A stretch of 64,000 bases of DNA from Blasia pusilla. Its lineage: Eukaryota. The stretch lies in contig CM114271.1 in NCBI GenBank assembly GCA_050084515.1, positions 20,646,001-20,710,000 of the forward strand. Reading direction: 5' to 3'. Shown here piece after piece: positions 13,901 through 27,030 of this stretch. The position numbers and the translations under genes were made by a program. A model generated the notes under the pieces. It saw nothing but the letters and a program-made list of their open reading frames with translations. It did no database searches and was not told the origin of the DNA. The number at the start of each line of letters is the position of its first letter. Position 1 is the stretch's first letter.

Positions 13901-15676
13901 TGCTCATCCTCAATGGAGAGAGGCCATGCAGATGGAGATGGACGCTATTCAAAGAAATGAAACTTGGACTTTGGTTGAGAAGCCAAAGGACATGAAGATA
14001 ATACGCACCAAGTGGGAGTACAAGACCAAGTACAAGTCGGATGGTACATTGGATAAATTCAAAGCAAGGTTGGTTGCATAAGGATGTTCACAAATCGAAG
14101 GTTTTGCCTATTGTGGGACTTTTTTTCCTATTGCAAGGATGACAACCATTAGAATTATTCTAGCGGTGGCAGGAACAAGACGTTGGTCTATATACCAATA
14201 CGATGTGAAGTTTGACTTTCTGAACGAGAGTCTTAAGGAGGAGGTGTATGTATCTCAACCACCAGGTTTTGAGATACCCGGATCAGAAGAGAAAGTGTGT
14301 TTGCTCCATCGAGCATGGTATGGGTTGAAGCAAGCCCAAAGGGTATGGTACCAACGAATAGATACATTCTTTCGAGAGAAGGGTCTCATCAAGAGTCCGT
14401 CAGAAGCAAATTTATATGTGTTTTGCGAAGATGGGATGTATATGTTGATAGTCCTGTATGTGGATGATCTGATCATCACAAGAGACCTTAGTAAGAAAAT
14501 ATAGGAAATGAAGGGAGTGTTGAAATCTGAGTTTGAAATGTCAGATTTAGGTCTTTTGCACTACTTTATAGGGCTGGAGATGTGGCAACAGTCAGATTCT
14601 ATTTTTCTCTCTCAGAAAAAGTATGCTAGAGAAATCTTGAAGGCATTAGAGATGACCAAGTGTAAGGCAATGGTCTCGCCAATGGAGGTAGAGTTGAAAC
14701 TCTCAATGGAGGATGTTTCACCATTGGTAGATGAAAAGTTGCAAAGAAAGCTTGTAGGCAATTTGATATTTTTGTGCAACACTAGACCAAATATTAGCTT
14801 CAATGTGGGAGTGTTGAGTTGGTTCTCAACTAAGCCTTGTGAGAACCATTGGAAGGCAGGGACGCGTGTGTTGAAGTACATCAAAGGCATTATCGAGTAC
14901 GGCATCACCTATGGAGCAAGAACAGAAATGACAACCTTTTGTGCCTCGAATTGGGCATGAGATTCAGATTCTCAAAGATCAGTTTCGGGTTATTGCTTCT
15001 TGGTAGGATCAGGTGTGGTGTCATGGATCAGCAAGAAGCAACCTAAAGTGGCTCTTTCTTCTACCGAGGCAAAGTACAAGGCAGCTTGTTATGCTTCTTA
15101 TGAAGCAGTATGGTTGAGATGGATATTAGAGGTCATAGGAGAAGCATCAAAAAGTGCTACTGTAATGTGATGTGACAATCAGAGTTGCATTGCCATAGCA
15201 CATAATCTTGTGTTTCATGCTTGTACGAAGCACATAGAGATCCAATATCATTTTTTGTGAGTTGATCGAGAGAGGTTTGGAAGCCAGTAGCTAAGCAGAA
15301 GCTCGTGAAACTGGCTTGAGAATCATAGTAGTACCACGAGCTATGATTCCCAAGCTGATTGAGTTATTGAAGGAGAAGATGTAGATGGGTATCTTATGTC
15401 CAATAGAGGATAACCGTGTAGACATCTTCACGAAAGCTTTGAGCGGAGATCAACTTCAGCGACATCTGAAGGGTCTTGGCATTGGTCCAAGACGGTAGTC
15501 CACATGAGAGTGGATATTGACGGGGGGGTGTTGGATTCTCAACATTCACTTCTCTGAGCACCATTCATCTGATCGGCCCTCTTATATGAGGAGAAGCCTA
15601 GATTGATGGTTCCGAATTAGACGTCGAAGGAGTCATAGTAATATGACGTAGGTGGTGTATGAAGTAGTTTTACTAG
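10920..15676 (+). mobile_element. Ty1/copia LTR retrotransposon, decayed, 3' LTR truncated
   Basis: 5' LTR 10920-11300 (TGTTGGATTC...CTCA). PBS TGGTATCAGAGC (tRNA-Met type) at 11303-11314. G-run PPT at 15522-15528. The 3' LTR from 15529 matches the 5' LTR for only ~145 bp. Confidence 0.95.
11375..15498 (+). pseudogene. Copia gag-pol polyprotein with stops and frameshifts
   Basis: Gag (LDGSNYTLWKFKM), zinc knuckle CFYCGKLDHLIKDC, protease WVLDNGASRHM, integrase (WHERFGH, TDRGGEF, TPQQNGVVE), RT (YVSQPPGF, LYVDDL), RNase H (DNQSCI, TKHIEIQYH). Integrase-before-RT order defines copia. Confidence 0.93.
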
Positions 15677-16049
15677 GATTATCGAACCCTATATTGCATC
15701 GCGGGGATCCAGGGGCGCAACCCCTGGTATCCCAAGACAACGCGGGGTTCCCAAAGTGTATCTAAAATTAATTTTGCATGTGGAATCTTAGATAACTTTA
15801 TACAACCTATTTTTTCTTGTTTTTGGTTTTTGCATTCGACGTTTGGTCGAATAATGTTTTTGCCATTTTTTTAAGCGGTATTATCTTACATAGAGAATCC
15901 TTATCACATGCTATCAACAATATGGATAAGAGATTGAATGCTAGAGTTCTCCATTTACTTCTAGGATCTCTAGTTGATAAGAGAAGAACAAGTATACATA
16001 AATCAATATCGATGGTCTCATTCAAAACTTTGTATGATATATAAGCTTA

Positions 16050-16692
16050 CTTGATTCATTAGAGATATTAAAAATCTATTCTTCATAGTTAATTCTCATC
16101 ATTAGAAGTAGAAGATAAGACTGTTTCGAGCTTCTCTTCCTCCAACTCAAGCTCCATGTAGCAAAGTTCCAACATTCGAGACATAAGTTCTAACTTCTTG
16201 TCGAGGACTTCTTGTTGGACATTTTTCTCACTTATATCTTTTAGAACTTTAATGAAGGAATTCATAATACTCTCGCTTCTATCTCGCGATTTCTTTTTTG
16301 TGGCTCATCATTTTACAATGGTTAAGAGCATGTTTTCTTTCTTAGACTCTCAATGATTGATGTAGTTTCAGATGAAATAGCAACAAATATGTTAGGTTGA
16401 TCTGCTCGTATTCGATGAATTTCTAGTGAAAATATTGATGATTCACTTGTTGGGTCTATATTTGTCTTACTATACCATCAAGTTAATTTCTCAAATTTTG
16501 TGGCTTATGTGATGGATTAACATTACTTTTCTTGTTCAAACGAATTACAAGAAGACGCCATTGATCTTGGCTTGCATTCCCTTCATTAGAATGGTGAAAA
16601 TAAATATATTCATATAAATCAAGGAAAAGTCTATCATCCTCTTTACTCCACTCCATCTTTAAATATATGTAAGTAGTAGGATCTATGTACAA
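16050..16692 (-). pseudogene. Myb/SANT-like DNA-binding protein remnant, probably the Harbinger second ORF
   Basis: MEWSKEDDRLFLDLY...QWRLLVIRLN resembles a Myb/SANT-like trihelix start, with coiled-coil-like sequence downstream. Convergent with the Harbinger transposase remnant across the copia insertion. Confidence 0.4.
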
Positions 16693-19600
16693 TAGAATGA
16701 TTCAAACTATCAAAATTACCATATTTTGTATCCTTAACCTATGCAAAATCAGAGTTAAATCACCAGATTTGAGGATTCATAATGTGCGAAACTTACCTGA
16801 AGCATGCTTTTTGATCTAAGCTTACTTCATCAAATCTTTTGAATCAAGCACAATAGGGATTTATGGCATTTCTCTAGTCACAATATCTTTGCCTACAATG
16901 ATCCTTATATATTCAAAACCACAAGAAGAATGCCTTGCAAGGAACATGCTCGAAAAATTCTAAATATGACGTAAGAAAAAAACATAAGAATTGACATTTT
17001 ATATATTAGTAAAATTGAAAAATAATAATGTGAGATTCAAGATCATCTAGTTTTTGTCATTTCGTGTGAAATATGACTCTAAATTCAAAAGATAGACAGA
17101 TTTCAAATCTGAAATGAGTAGAGTGATCATACTTTTTATAAAAGAAATTTGCAAGTTAAAAATGATGGGTCACTGGTTCTCTATATTTTCACAAATATGG
17201 TTAAATACAAACTAATTTTCCATTAAACCAAATCCATTATATATTGAGCTTGTCCCATCATTAGGAATCATTAAGTCAGACCGGAGCTTTCCATTAGCTT
17301 CAGCTCTATTTGGGGAATGTGAAACAAAATCCGTCTAAGAGATTCTAACAACCTGGGTTGAAACTAGAGCAAAAAAATATGGCTATATTTGTGTTCACTT
17401 TGATCCACGTGGCAACTTATGAGAGCACATTTTATTGGATTTGCTCAATATTCAACGAGGTTGATGGATGAATTATCAATTATATGGAATCAAGAATAAT
17501 TTTATTCTTTGCTTTATAAATAATTGGATAGAATACAAAATAAGGTGGAGATTATTATATACGTCTTGTTTTGTATTCGCTTGGATTTCGAAATTTACAC
17601 TTACAAATTGTCAAAAGTAGATTTAGAATTCTAATTTTTGATACACATACTTACTTAATTTTCACAAGGGGAGGTTTTTATAATTGTACAGCCAAATTTT
17701 CTATACCCAAATCAAGTTCCAAGCAAAAGGTTCAAAATTTGAGACATTAGCTTTAACTTATTATCTTCATGTTAAGTTTTCTTCTCATTTGTCTCTTTTA
17801 AAACTTGAATGAATGCATTCATTGATCTATAATTCTATCCTTCCTATATCTTGATTGATTGGGTTATAATACTTAATTGAGCAAATATTTTGGAATGTAA
17901 AAATTCACATGAACTAGTTGTAAATGTGAGTTTGGAATGTTCTTATTAATACTTCAATTGGTATATCTAGAGATAGACGAATATGTGGATTACTTAATTG
18001 ATCTACAACCCTTTTAGTCTCATGAAAGAAAATATAAACCAATGATGGTTGAGATTCAAGATTTTCTTACTCTTCGTTAAGAAAATTGAGGAAAATTATC
18101 TCATTCTCTTAACTCCATATAACTTTTAGTTTTTTAGAGTAGGATGATATGAAAACTAGACAATATGATTTATAGTGATCAACATCATCATAGAGGATGA
18201 TCTAAATCAACGCATAAAGAGAACGCTTTTTCAAAGTTTTGACTGTGGGAAAATTGTCATAAGATTAGTTATTGATTTTTCTCTTTCTTTCCATTCCTTA
18301 TAATTCAAGTATGAGAATATATTTTGATACATAAATTTTATTGACTTTGTGATCCAAGAATATTTTTCACCTGAAAAAATAATATAAAAATGAAAGCTCA
18401 TAAAAATATGTTTATGACCCTACATGAAGGCTTTGGGAAATATCTCTGCAAGGGCCTAATCTTAAGTCTTGTGTCTAGGAAAGGGGCATGGGGAAATTAA
18501 TCATATGGAATATATACACACACAAAGTTGGGTTTATCCATAATACAAACACTATCCATTTCAAAAAAAATGTAAGTCCTCTTTACTTATGACAATTAGC
18601 CTTAACTCTTTTCTCCCTTCTTATAACCCAAAAATTTAGTCATAAAATCATTTCCCTCTCCCAAAAAAAATGGATAAAGAGAAACTCTTTATAAATTATG
18701 TTTAAATTTTCAAACTTCAATGGTTTCCATTTCTTTTCTTTTTTATTAATTGGAGAAATTATAGAAGCATACTTACTCCCCTTGACCACGCAATATGAAA
18801 TCGTCCAAAAGTACTCACGTCAAAAAAATAATCTCAAATGCATGTTGGTGTAAGGGGATTGTGCTTATCATTTCTTCGACATTAGTGACCTTTTTCAATC
18901 AAAAAAATATGGGTTTTAAGGTATCCTCATTACTCTCATTTTGGATCTAAATATATTCATATAGTAAACTCCAAATAAAAAAAAATCCAATATTTCAAAC
19001 GTTAAATATCCTCATATTAGACCCGTAATATCTCTTGTAAATATATATTTCCTACTACTCCCTTATATCATCTCCCTCCCCTATCCAAAAAATGATCCTT
19101 ATCTCTAGGATTTCTTCTATCCTCTTATTGAAAATTTATCATCTTCTCTCTTCCCTTTTCCTATTGAAAATTCAATATTAAAGTTTCTCAACATTGGTTT
19201 CTTTCTTGTCGTGAAACTTATCTCTTTCTCTCTTCTTATACATCCATATTAAAATTTTATTCCTTATTTCTTCTTTCTCCCAGATTGAGAATTAAACATA
19301 TTTTTAGAAATATCTAGTGAGGAAACTAACCTTTGTTGAAAATGAATCATTTTCTATCTTCCCTTCTCATTTGGAGTTTTTTATAAAAACAATTTTGAAA
19401 GTACTCCCTCCATATATTGAAAATGAATGATTTAAAAAAAGAAAATCATTATGAAGAAGCCATGACTTGTTATGATGTTATGAGCTACATTAAGGAGATT
19501 AAATAAATGATAGAATCATATAAATGATTAGACCAATCAAGAGAAGATACTTTTGAAGCCTTTTGCAAAATCTCATTGAAGTAGAATTTATATGGAAAGG

Positions 19601-20170
19601 GCTAATGAACTTCATAGAATATATTATGGAGTTAGAAATCTAGAGAATTTCCCCTCTTAACAATATAGAGAAAGATACTGTATTTACATGTAGGATTTTT
19701 AATGATCAAATCATAAAATATACTCTTACTCTTATTAATCGCAAAGTAGTAAGCTCCTCTCTAACTTCAGAGTTTCCAAGTTCAAACTTTTTTTTGGAGA
19801 ATATTTTTTAGATGATATGTGGAACAATCAACAATTAGCTCTTTACAAGCCTTACACCAAGATATAAGGGTGCATTCTCTTCTCTCATTGACGAACTTAT
19901 CTCATGAGTAATTTATATACACATGTCATTTAAAGGTTGAACCTAGGAAGTAGCTAACAAAACCCTTGACCCCATTCAAAAAGTTTAAAAGGTACAACAT
20001 TCATCCCTAAAACTATCTTCCCTGTGCCTAGATTCTAATCTCGTTACTCCTCCCCAACTTCCCTTCCTAAACACAAGGCAAGTCAATTGATATCCATCCT
20101 TCTACACTTGTCTACATCCAATATATGAAGTGAAAAATCTATATAGAGGAGGTTCAAGATTAATTTTATA

Positions 20171-20339
20171 CTAGTATACTGCCCGTGCTCTCCGCGGGTG
20201 AAAAAATGGTACGCTTAGCACTTCATTAATCATACCTTTGGACCCTTGTACACATGTTAACACTGGAAGGCTTTAAAAGCCTACGTGTCGACGTCACATG
20301 AGGGGTTCCCCAAACCCCGTCCTATTTTAATAATATAGA
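20171..20339 (-). mobile_element. Non-autonomous mini-Helitron (169 bp)
   Basis: Minus strand reads A|TCTATATTATTAAAA...hairpin (+: cccgtgctctccgcggg)...CTAG|T. AT target site, no TSD. Confidence 0.8.
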
Positions 20340-21829
20340 TGAGATCAAATAAAATCTAGATATAACAGTAGATTCCAAAGTTGGAGCTTCCATCCACCCT
20401 CAACCAATCATTCCATCTCACTACACAATAAATTTTTTGGAAAAAAGTATGCAATTCCTTAAGGTAGATTTCCGCAAAAATTTTATACTTAATTACTCAA
20501 AACACGATCAAACACTAAAATATGGTTATAAACTCCTTGTTACATCAAGAGATATTTTCATATGCTTGCAAGATTTTTATGAGTTGGTTTTAAGCCAAAA
20601 ATTGATCCAAGTCTAATTTGATTATCTCAAGAGTCTCTAGTGTGACGTAAATTTGAAATTCAAATACGTACCAATGAGAAATAAAACTTGAAAAGAAAAT
20701 ATTTATAAGAGAAAATCTATAATTTTTTGGAAAGCCTTACAATTTTTTTTAAAGTGAAGTTTCTATAAATTACTAGCCAATATGAATTTTCTTGAATCTA
20801 TTTACAAGCATTCAGATTTTTACTTCCATTTATTTTTGTAGCTTTATCTTTCTATTTGAAAACAAGAATTCCATTGTTAAAGTTTATTCGGTCAAATCTA
20901 CAAAAGGAGGATGTTATGGGAGTAGCAGTTCTCTACGGAGTTGAAAAACAAGCACATTGCCTAGAGGTTCTTGTAGGCACAATATGTTATGACATATGTT
21001 GTCAAAATGGAGTGCACAAATGATGATGCAAAATTAGATAAGTGTACAAAGGGTGGAATAAGAAATCATGCGGAATTTGATTTAATTAATGTGTAAAAAT
21101 TAATTAAAAAAAAATTTAAATGAGAAAAGATAGATAAAGAAAAATTTGAATGAATTATTTACAGATATAGAAACATGTCTTAATGGCAAAAACTAAGAGG
21201 AATTTTTTTTTAATTTTTGAAAAGAGAAGACATATTGCTTTCATATAACATTTTCAATATCCAACACTTTAAAAGCATAGAAATAATAAAATGATATTAT
21301 TTTTCATATTTTTAATCAAAATTTTAAGGAAAATTAATAATCAAGATAGGATTCACTACTAATTTGGTACATGTGTGGTATATTTGACGAAAGGGACTGA
21401 ATTGAAAAATGTGGAAAAAATGCCCAAAAAGTGATCTTAGGCTATTTATGATGAAATATATATGTTCATATAAATATAATTTGAAATTTCTCTAGGATGG
21501 ATGTTTTGGTTTGAATAATTTTGATTATGGAAATTGGATGCGAAAACATTTTGTATTGAATTTTAAGCATGCCCAAAAATTTAAGGATTGTCAATATGCC
21601 ATGTGAAGTCTTTGAACACATATCGTAATTTGGAAGTTTAACATGTAAGAAGATAACATAAATATAAATACATTTATAATTGAATATTTTTATGATGAAA
21701 ATATGACTTTAAATCCCTTATTCGAGGAAAAACTTTCTTATCCTTTTCTTTGAAATTTTTTATCCCTTTTCCCTTATTGATTTGGGAAAAGGAAATTCCT
21801 CTTTTCCTTCTCCAACCCACTATATTTCC

Positions 21830-22043
21830 CAAGGGTCACAAAGGCAAAGTTCGTGTTTGCGGACTTATATCCGTTCTAGGGATAAATATGTCCACGGGAC
21901 CACCTTGGTAGGCCTTGCCCACAACCCTGTTAAGCATGCGCAAGATGAGTGGGAGTTGGAGTTGTAGTAGGGACAAGAGGCACAATGTGTGAACGAATGT
22001 GGGATTGGGTATGGGATGGCATGTTCGTTTTTGTGCAACCTTG
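21830..22043. mobile_element. MITE, diverged member of the CA(A/T)GGTTGCAC TIR family
   Basis: caagggtcac...gtgcaaccttg ends. Internal ggac/gtcc motifs shared with 37785-38114 and 52464-52839. TSD only approximate. Confidence 0.55.
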
Positions 22044-22425
22044 TATGTTCCTACGTATTAAAAGAAGCACCTTCACTATTTTGTGAATCAATTCTTGTAG
22101 TATCATTCTCCTATTCTCATTTCTTACCTTTAACCTAAAATTCTAATTTTCCTTATCATAGTTAAAATTTATGATCCAAATAGACTTGAATTTTCCAATT
22201 CTTTTAAATATGTTTTTGTTAAATATGGGAAAGAACAATGAAAAATAGAGGGAATGGGGAAAATTGAAAGGAGATTGGGCAAAAATTTCAATTAATTCAA
22301 AAATTAAAAATACCCTATTCTTACTTATTCTCTTTCTAACTCAGTCTACAAAATTTAAGAAAAAGTTGGAAGAGAATGTGCTAAATCAAATACTTATATA
22401 AATTAAGTAAAAAAACCTATCCTTC

Positions 22426-23429
22426 TGTCGTGGCCCTACTCTCCTTGAACGTCAATCTTTAGTGTTGCGGAAGCGTACGTTCAATAGGTCACGATCCCAT
22501 CGCCGATCTGCACCCAAACACGCACTCTCGTTAGTCGGGTCTGGGCCAACCAGCGTTCCAACTCATCGAGTTCTCAACTTGGCGTCTCATCAAGCTCAAC
22601 CTTCCTTAGTTTCTAGTTTCCAAAACACGGCAAGTCCTTCAAGACTTGGAACAGACTTCCTGGTTAGTCCAGGGATTTGAAACGGCACCTGCGCGCCTAG
22701 CGATCCCAATTGTTCATCGGACCTGGTGTGAGTTCCAAACCGAGACCCAAGTAATTGAGTCGCGGGGTGAAATCCAAGAGGGATGTCTAAAATCGCCTCA
22801 ATAGACTTGGTGCAGGTTTTCTAACCCAACCCCCAAACTCGCGTTCTGTTCCATGCCCTTGAGCCGCCCCGTGGCGCCCAAAGTGGGGTTCGGGTTCCAA
22901 GCACTCTTGAAGACCTCCCCCCTTACTAGTACTTCTGGGGTTCTCCAATAACCCCCTCCCTTTGGAAAAAGAGGGTCGGGCCCTTCATTGTGGCCCTCAA
23001 CCCGACTCTACTTACAGTCGTTTCCGGGTTGTTTCTCAGCTGCTATTTAAGCGTTTGTAGAGATCTTTAGAGCGTTTGAACCGGCTTTCCATAAGCTTTC
23101 CAATGCACCCTTATTTAATCCAAACGCATCTCGGCGCTAAAAGTTATGGCCATAAATACAGTCGGAAACTCTCAAATGCTAGTGGCGCTCCAAATCCGGA
23201 TTCTTCCTTTTGGCAACCCACTTTCTAGACTCGACTTCTTTCAAGTCTCATTCCACGTTTGGTCCAGGTTTTTCAATCGCGACCACAACATCTGAAACGC
23301 GAAGCCTCGCTCGCGTCTCATCTCTTGTCTCCTCTTTGAGACTACTCCAACGCGCAAACCATCTTAGCGTGAGCCTGCTAATGTTCCGATGTTCCGCTTG
23401 GCACTCGTTTGGTCATGAGGGTCGCGACA
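22426..23429. mobile_element. Solo LTR (~1.0 kb)
   Basis: TGTCGTGGCCCT...AGGGTCGCGACA inverted TG..CA ends flanked by a perfect 5-bp TSD CCTTC (22421-22425 and 23430-23434). No internal coding region. Confidence 0.9.
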
Positions 23430-23604
23430 CCTTCCTCTTTATAAAATTTTAACTCATGCAATTGATTAAATCCTTCTCCAAATAAGTACTAAGTAAAATC
23501 TCAAATTAGTAGATGTGGTTCAAACTACACAAAATTTTAAAACGATATTATCGTTCATGGTGTTTGTTTATCATGTGGAAAGAAACAAATCCATCTTCAA
23601 ATAA

Positions 23605-23792
23605 TCCATATTATTATCATAGGAGGGATTTTCAAGTGGCGATAAGGGATAGTCCACCACGTGTCCTTTGAACGTACTGCGTAGCATGGGCATTCGGATA
23701 GAGGGGCATTCAAGTAACATTCAAAGTTAGGGACTAGGAACGAGGCGTTTAGGGACCGTGCATCGCACAGTCCCCTCACGGGTCTTAACTAG
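23605..23792 (+). mobile_element. Non-autonomous mini-Helitron (188 bp)
   Basis: A|TCCATATTATTATC...gggaccgtgcatcgcacagtccc hairpin...CTAG|T. Confidence 0.7.
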
Positions 23793-25392
23793 TGTTATAA
23801 ATTGGAATTCCAATTCCCATTGCATTAATGAAATGAAGTTCTCTTTAAAAATGAACTGAATTATTATGAGAAAAGCAAACCAATCTTCTTTTGTTTTTAT
23901 AATAAAGTGATTTTAACATTAGAAATCAAGAGTATCCTTTTTTAAATTTCTTGTTGTTTTTTCAGGTACTCGACCATTTTAATCCCTCTTTTGTACTTCG
24001 GATGGTTTTCCATCACTCATTTTTATTGAGGTTCATTACTTCTTCTTAATCTACCTTAAACCTTTCCACATCATACTATTAATGGCATCAGCTCTAGCTA
24101 AGAAGCTCCCCGTGAACGCCACGTGTGAAGCATGTTAGATACTTAATTACTGTTTAATTTTCTCTATATTGAGCTAAGATTTGAATACAATTTTTTTAAA
24201 ACAATTACTAAATTTTTTGGAAGATAAATTTAAATTATAATGATTTGAATCCCAATTTTTTTAACCTCTTTTTTTCATTTTAGAAATTAAAATTATTATT
24301 TCAACATTTAGAAAAAAACTAAAACTTATAATTTCAAGTTTATTTTGGAAGGGAAATTACATATTTTTTTAGAAATATGTAATTTAATCTCCTTGTAAAT
24401 CTTTAAGTGTGAAGGATTGAAAAAAATATTTTGAGACAAACTCTGAATCAAAATGAGTGAATGTTTTTATTAATTGAGAAACTTTGAAGACCCCAATCAA
24501 AATTTTCCATGAATTCATGAAATTTTAAAATTTCACCCTATACGAAGTAAAAACAAGAATGGTAAGGTTTCCATGATAATTAATTATTTATAATTAACTT
24601 AAATTCATACATCTCCCTTATGAAATCTTCTAGAGTCTCTTTCATTGTTTTTAATCTTTTCTCATTTGAAAATTTAAAATTAGTTTCTCAAGGCTCAGCA
24701 AAGAAAATTTAAAGTTTAGTTTTGAGGGGAAATTAATTTTTCTTTTGGGAAAAAATGAAATGGATAATGGGATACTATGGGACAAAAATTACTCTTCAAA
24801 ATAAAGGAAGACATATTATTTCTATGTTATTTTTAACTTTCAAGTTAGATTGGACGAAAAATTTAATCCCTCTTTTGGGAAAAGAGTTCATCAAGATAAA
24901 TGATTTTATTTTATTTATTGAAAGACGAGGATTGGAAAAAAGAGAAATTAATTTTTTCAAAATTAATAAAAGAAAATATATGAAAATTGTTTTGAACCAA
25001 ATTAGATGTATTATAAAAAAAATGGATGTTTCTTATTTTGTATATCATCGCACGGGGAAAAAGTAAACAGTATTATTTATCATCCGTGCTGAAGATCCGC
25101 AGCAGCTCCGTTCCGTCTCCGTCCTTGCTAATCGATGGAATCTTGTCTCCTAGCAAACCCCGCGGGACCGAAACAGCCATCGGGACGGACGGAGGACACC
25201 GTGAGTTTGTTCGTTCGCATTTGGAGCCATATGAATCGCTCGGGCGTTGAGCGCTACAAGCCTCATCTATCCTTTCACTTTGGCTTGGATTTGGAAGCCG
25301 CTGCGCCATAGCCAAAGGGGACAGGAACTCGGACATTTCCCGTGAAGTGGAAGCAGCACGAGGCATTCGGTGTGACTGTGGGGGAAAGGGAG

Positions 25393-27030
25393 ATGGCGTC
25401 CGCAACCGCAGCGCTGGTTGGGGCTTTCAGCTTGCTGACGCTGCAGAAGGTGAGGATCAAAGGGAATGAGTCATCTGTGCTTTCTGATTGAGCGCGTCGC
25501 GCGTTTGCTTTTCTCCTCGAATACCTCGAATTTCTGTGTTTTAATGGCGGAAAGTTTGTGGCCTTGAGATCCTCCTGGTCCAGACGATCAGATGCAAACG
25601 GGTTCCTCTGAGGGCTTCTGTTTGGCTGAAATGTAGAGAATCCGAATGTGGCATGGCGAGGAGCCATATTTGGAATGCCCGCGTGCGTGACTGAGCAAAC
25701 CCTTAGTAACGAGCGGAATTTTCACCTGGCAGCATGAAAGTGGTGTGCTTTATTTTAATGAAATGAACCAAATTGTAGACCCCGGGTCTCCTTTCCAGAT
25801 GGAATAGAACGAGCTCCGAATAGCCAGGACACGGCAACACTGAAAATTCCCCAGTGTTCTGTCAACCGTCATGCCATGAATTAGATAGAATGTAGTAGAA
25901 TAACGTAGATTTCGTTTGCGAGTGTGGTTGGGAGTAATTGCTGATGGGGCGCGAGTTGTGCGAGTGAATCAGGGTCAAGTAGGCAGCAGCTGCAGTGGCT
26001 TCAATGGGAGCAGGCAGATGCAGGTAGCTTCGACGGTGAGAGTAGCCACTCGTAGGCCCTTGGAAGTTTCAGCGATGGCCAAGAGACAGGAGGATCTCGT
26101 AAACATCAGGCAGATGAGCGACGAAGACATTGGTACGTCAGTGGTGGAGCTTAAAGGAGAGCTCTTCGTCTTGCGTTGCAAACAGGCGACAAGACAGGAG
26201 TACAAAAGCAGCGAATTCCGTCGCATTCGTAAACAGGTACGTACGGCTTCCCTTTATTCCAGTTAACTCGTCTTTCTGCGGAGCGTACCTGAGTTCTTTC
26301 GTGTCCGTCAGCCATTTGTAAAACAGTTTGGAAGCTCCCAGTGGACTTTTTGTGGGTTCAGGTGCACCACTCCTAATTGCAGGACTCTCAATTGCGAGGT
26401 AGCGCATGAATGGAACCTGTGATTTAGAACTCTTCACCATGCATCCTGCTCTTCTGATTCTGTAAAGGACAGTTATTCTATGTTGTTTGCTAAAGCTAAA
26501 ATAATCTGGTTCAGCTGCCCAATCGTCCATAGCCCAACTGTGACGGTCTTTGATAATCATCTCAGTCCCTGAAAACTTGGGGAGCCTCTGGGATAAGTGT
26601 CACCTTCCTGCTCTGCAAAGACTATTTGACATTGGATATTTTATATGTTTTTGGTCTGTCACTGACCTCTTGTAAAGCTTTAGGGTTTAGTGTTACGGGT
26701 GCTTCTTTGGGCGCTAACTCATTACATGCTGGAATTAAAGTATGCATAGTACGATTTGAGGAGGATGATATTCAATCTTTGGGCACCATGGTGGATAGGA
26801 CTCTTGCAGTTGGTAGCATGGCGGTATCCTGGGAGTGACAGCAAGATCTAAACACTATCCCCGGGTGCTTGCAGATTGCGAGAATGTTGACCATAAGGAG
26901 AGAGAGGGAATTGGCGAAGGGAATATCGGTGAGGGACTCTAGGAAGCTCGATAGGGAGTGGAAGAAGAACGTTGTTATCAAGCCCCCGGCTTCTCTTGCA
27001 AGTCTTACGAAGTCCGAGTCATCTAGCTAG
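25393..27030 (+). CDS. RPL29: Plastid 50S ribosomal protein L29 (uL29c); 3 exons: 25393-25449, 25973-26236, 26875-27030
   Basis: In-frame GT-AG splicing. Transit peptide followed by MAKRQEDLVNIRQMSDEDI...ELKGELFVLR...SSEFRRIRKQ/IARMLTIRREREL...SRKLDREWKKNVVIKPPASL. Confidence 0.95.
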
